The notes beneath the pieces were generated by a model. That model was not told the DNA's origin. It saw only the letters and a list, made by a program, of their open reading frames with translations, and made no database searches. The position numbers were made by a program, and so were the translations under genes. From Mobula hypostoma (lineage: Eukaryota), in contig NC_086097.1 in the NCBI RefSeq assembly GCF_963921235.1, positions 34,846,001 to 34,910,000 on the forward strand: a stretch of DNA of 64,000 bases, written 5' to 3'. Positions 63,281 through 64,000 of the stretch are shown here, in pieces. Position 1 is the first letter of the stretch; every line of letters begins with the position of its first letter.

Positions 63281-63408
63281 GTGGCCGAGAGGGCGCTCTA
63301 TTACTGGAACAATGAATACATTATGAGTTTGATAGAAGAAAATTCAGCTGTAATCCTCCCCATCATGTTTCCCAGCCTCTATAGAATCTCCAAAGAACAC
63401 TGGAACCC
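63281..63408 (+). CDS. PPP2R5E: B56-epsilon-like coding exon J
   Basis: CTCAAG| ... [50 protein letters not shown](P); gene continues beyond the window. Confidence 0.95.
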
Positions 63409-64000
63409 GTATGTATAGTTCTAAAGCAAAAATATTTCTATTGTCTTTAAGAGCTTTTCCTGTATACTTTTTGGCTATGTTGTTTTACCACTTTGTCTTT
63501 TGTACAGCTTTAATAGTGTAAACCATCTGATTCTCATTAGTCTGAACAGAAAGCCATATTGTCTTCTCTTGTCTATTATGCGAGTACTTGCCTCCATCTC
63601 CCTCACCTCAGACAATGTTAGCCTTGAATTCAAAAGCTGGGAATCTTGAACAATTATAAAGTGCTGAAGGTCCATAGAAGAGCAGAATGGCTTTCAGAGT
63701 TTGTTCAGCTGAATATTCATTGAATAATATGATTATGTCAGGAGCACAGACACTACACTGATCAAGAGGTTGTATAGAGTTACACCTGGAGTCATTTGGG
63801 GTGAGAATTTGCATTGTTATCACTGGCAGGTGGATATGAGATATCCTGTGACACTGTTTTAGTAAGTTTTATAATGTTCTGGTCATTAAGTAGTAACACA
63901 GCAAAATGGATTGTCTGGTCATTGTAACGTTACTGTTATAGGGACTTCCTCTGTACATATTGGTTATTGTGTTTCCTCCATTACAATAATGACTGCTTTT

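Noticed and set aside
63409..63420. U12-type donor after exon J
   Set aside because: GTATGTAT does not match the GTATCCTT minor-intron consensus.
1..64000. Most short ORFs in the six-frame track as independent genes
   Set aside because: They are antisense or off-frame readings of transposons, read-through around true exons, or chance ORFs in AT-rich intron.

Overview
Eukaryotic (vertebrate) genomic DNA, most likely a cartilaginous fish, inferred from abundant CR1-clade LINEs, V-SINE/HE1-like SINEs and Penelope-like elements. The window lies inside one + strand gene, a PP2A regulatory B56-epsilon-like subunit (PPP2R5E-like). Ten internal coding exons (19504-63408, 1045 nt) splice in frame with GT-AG boundaries; I found neither the first coding exon nor the last exons. 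The introns hold many transposons: two Tc1 elements, a Buster/Charlie hAT, a FLYWCH-MULE, two pogo/Tigger derivatives, a non-autonomous Helitron, two related solo LTRs, CR1, Rex/Babar, L1, RTE and Hero remnants, SINEs, and about ten Penelope-like (GIY-YIG) pieces. The most notable signal is in the Penelope-like family. Its 3' end carries a minimal hammerhead ribozyme with an intact core at 32549 (+) and 59504 (-). Three independent insertions are TSD-bounded head-to-head fold-backs of that 3' end, each pairing a long and a short terminus. Family assignments come from recognising motifs by eye, not from database searches.
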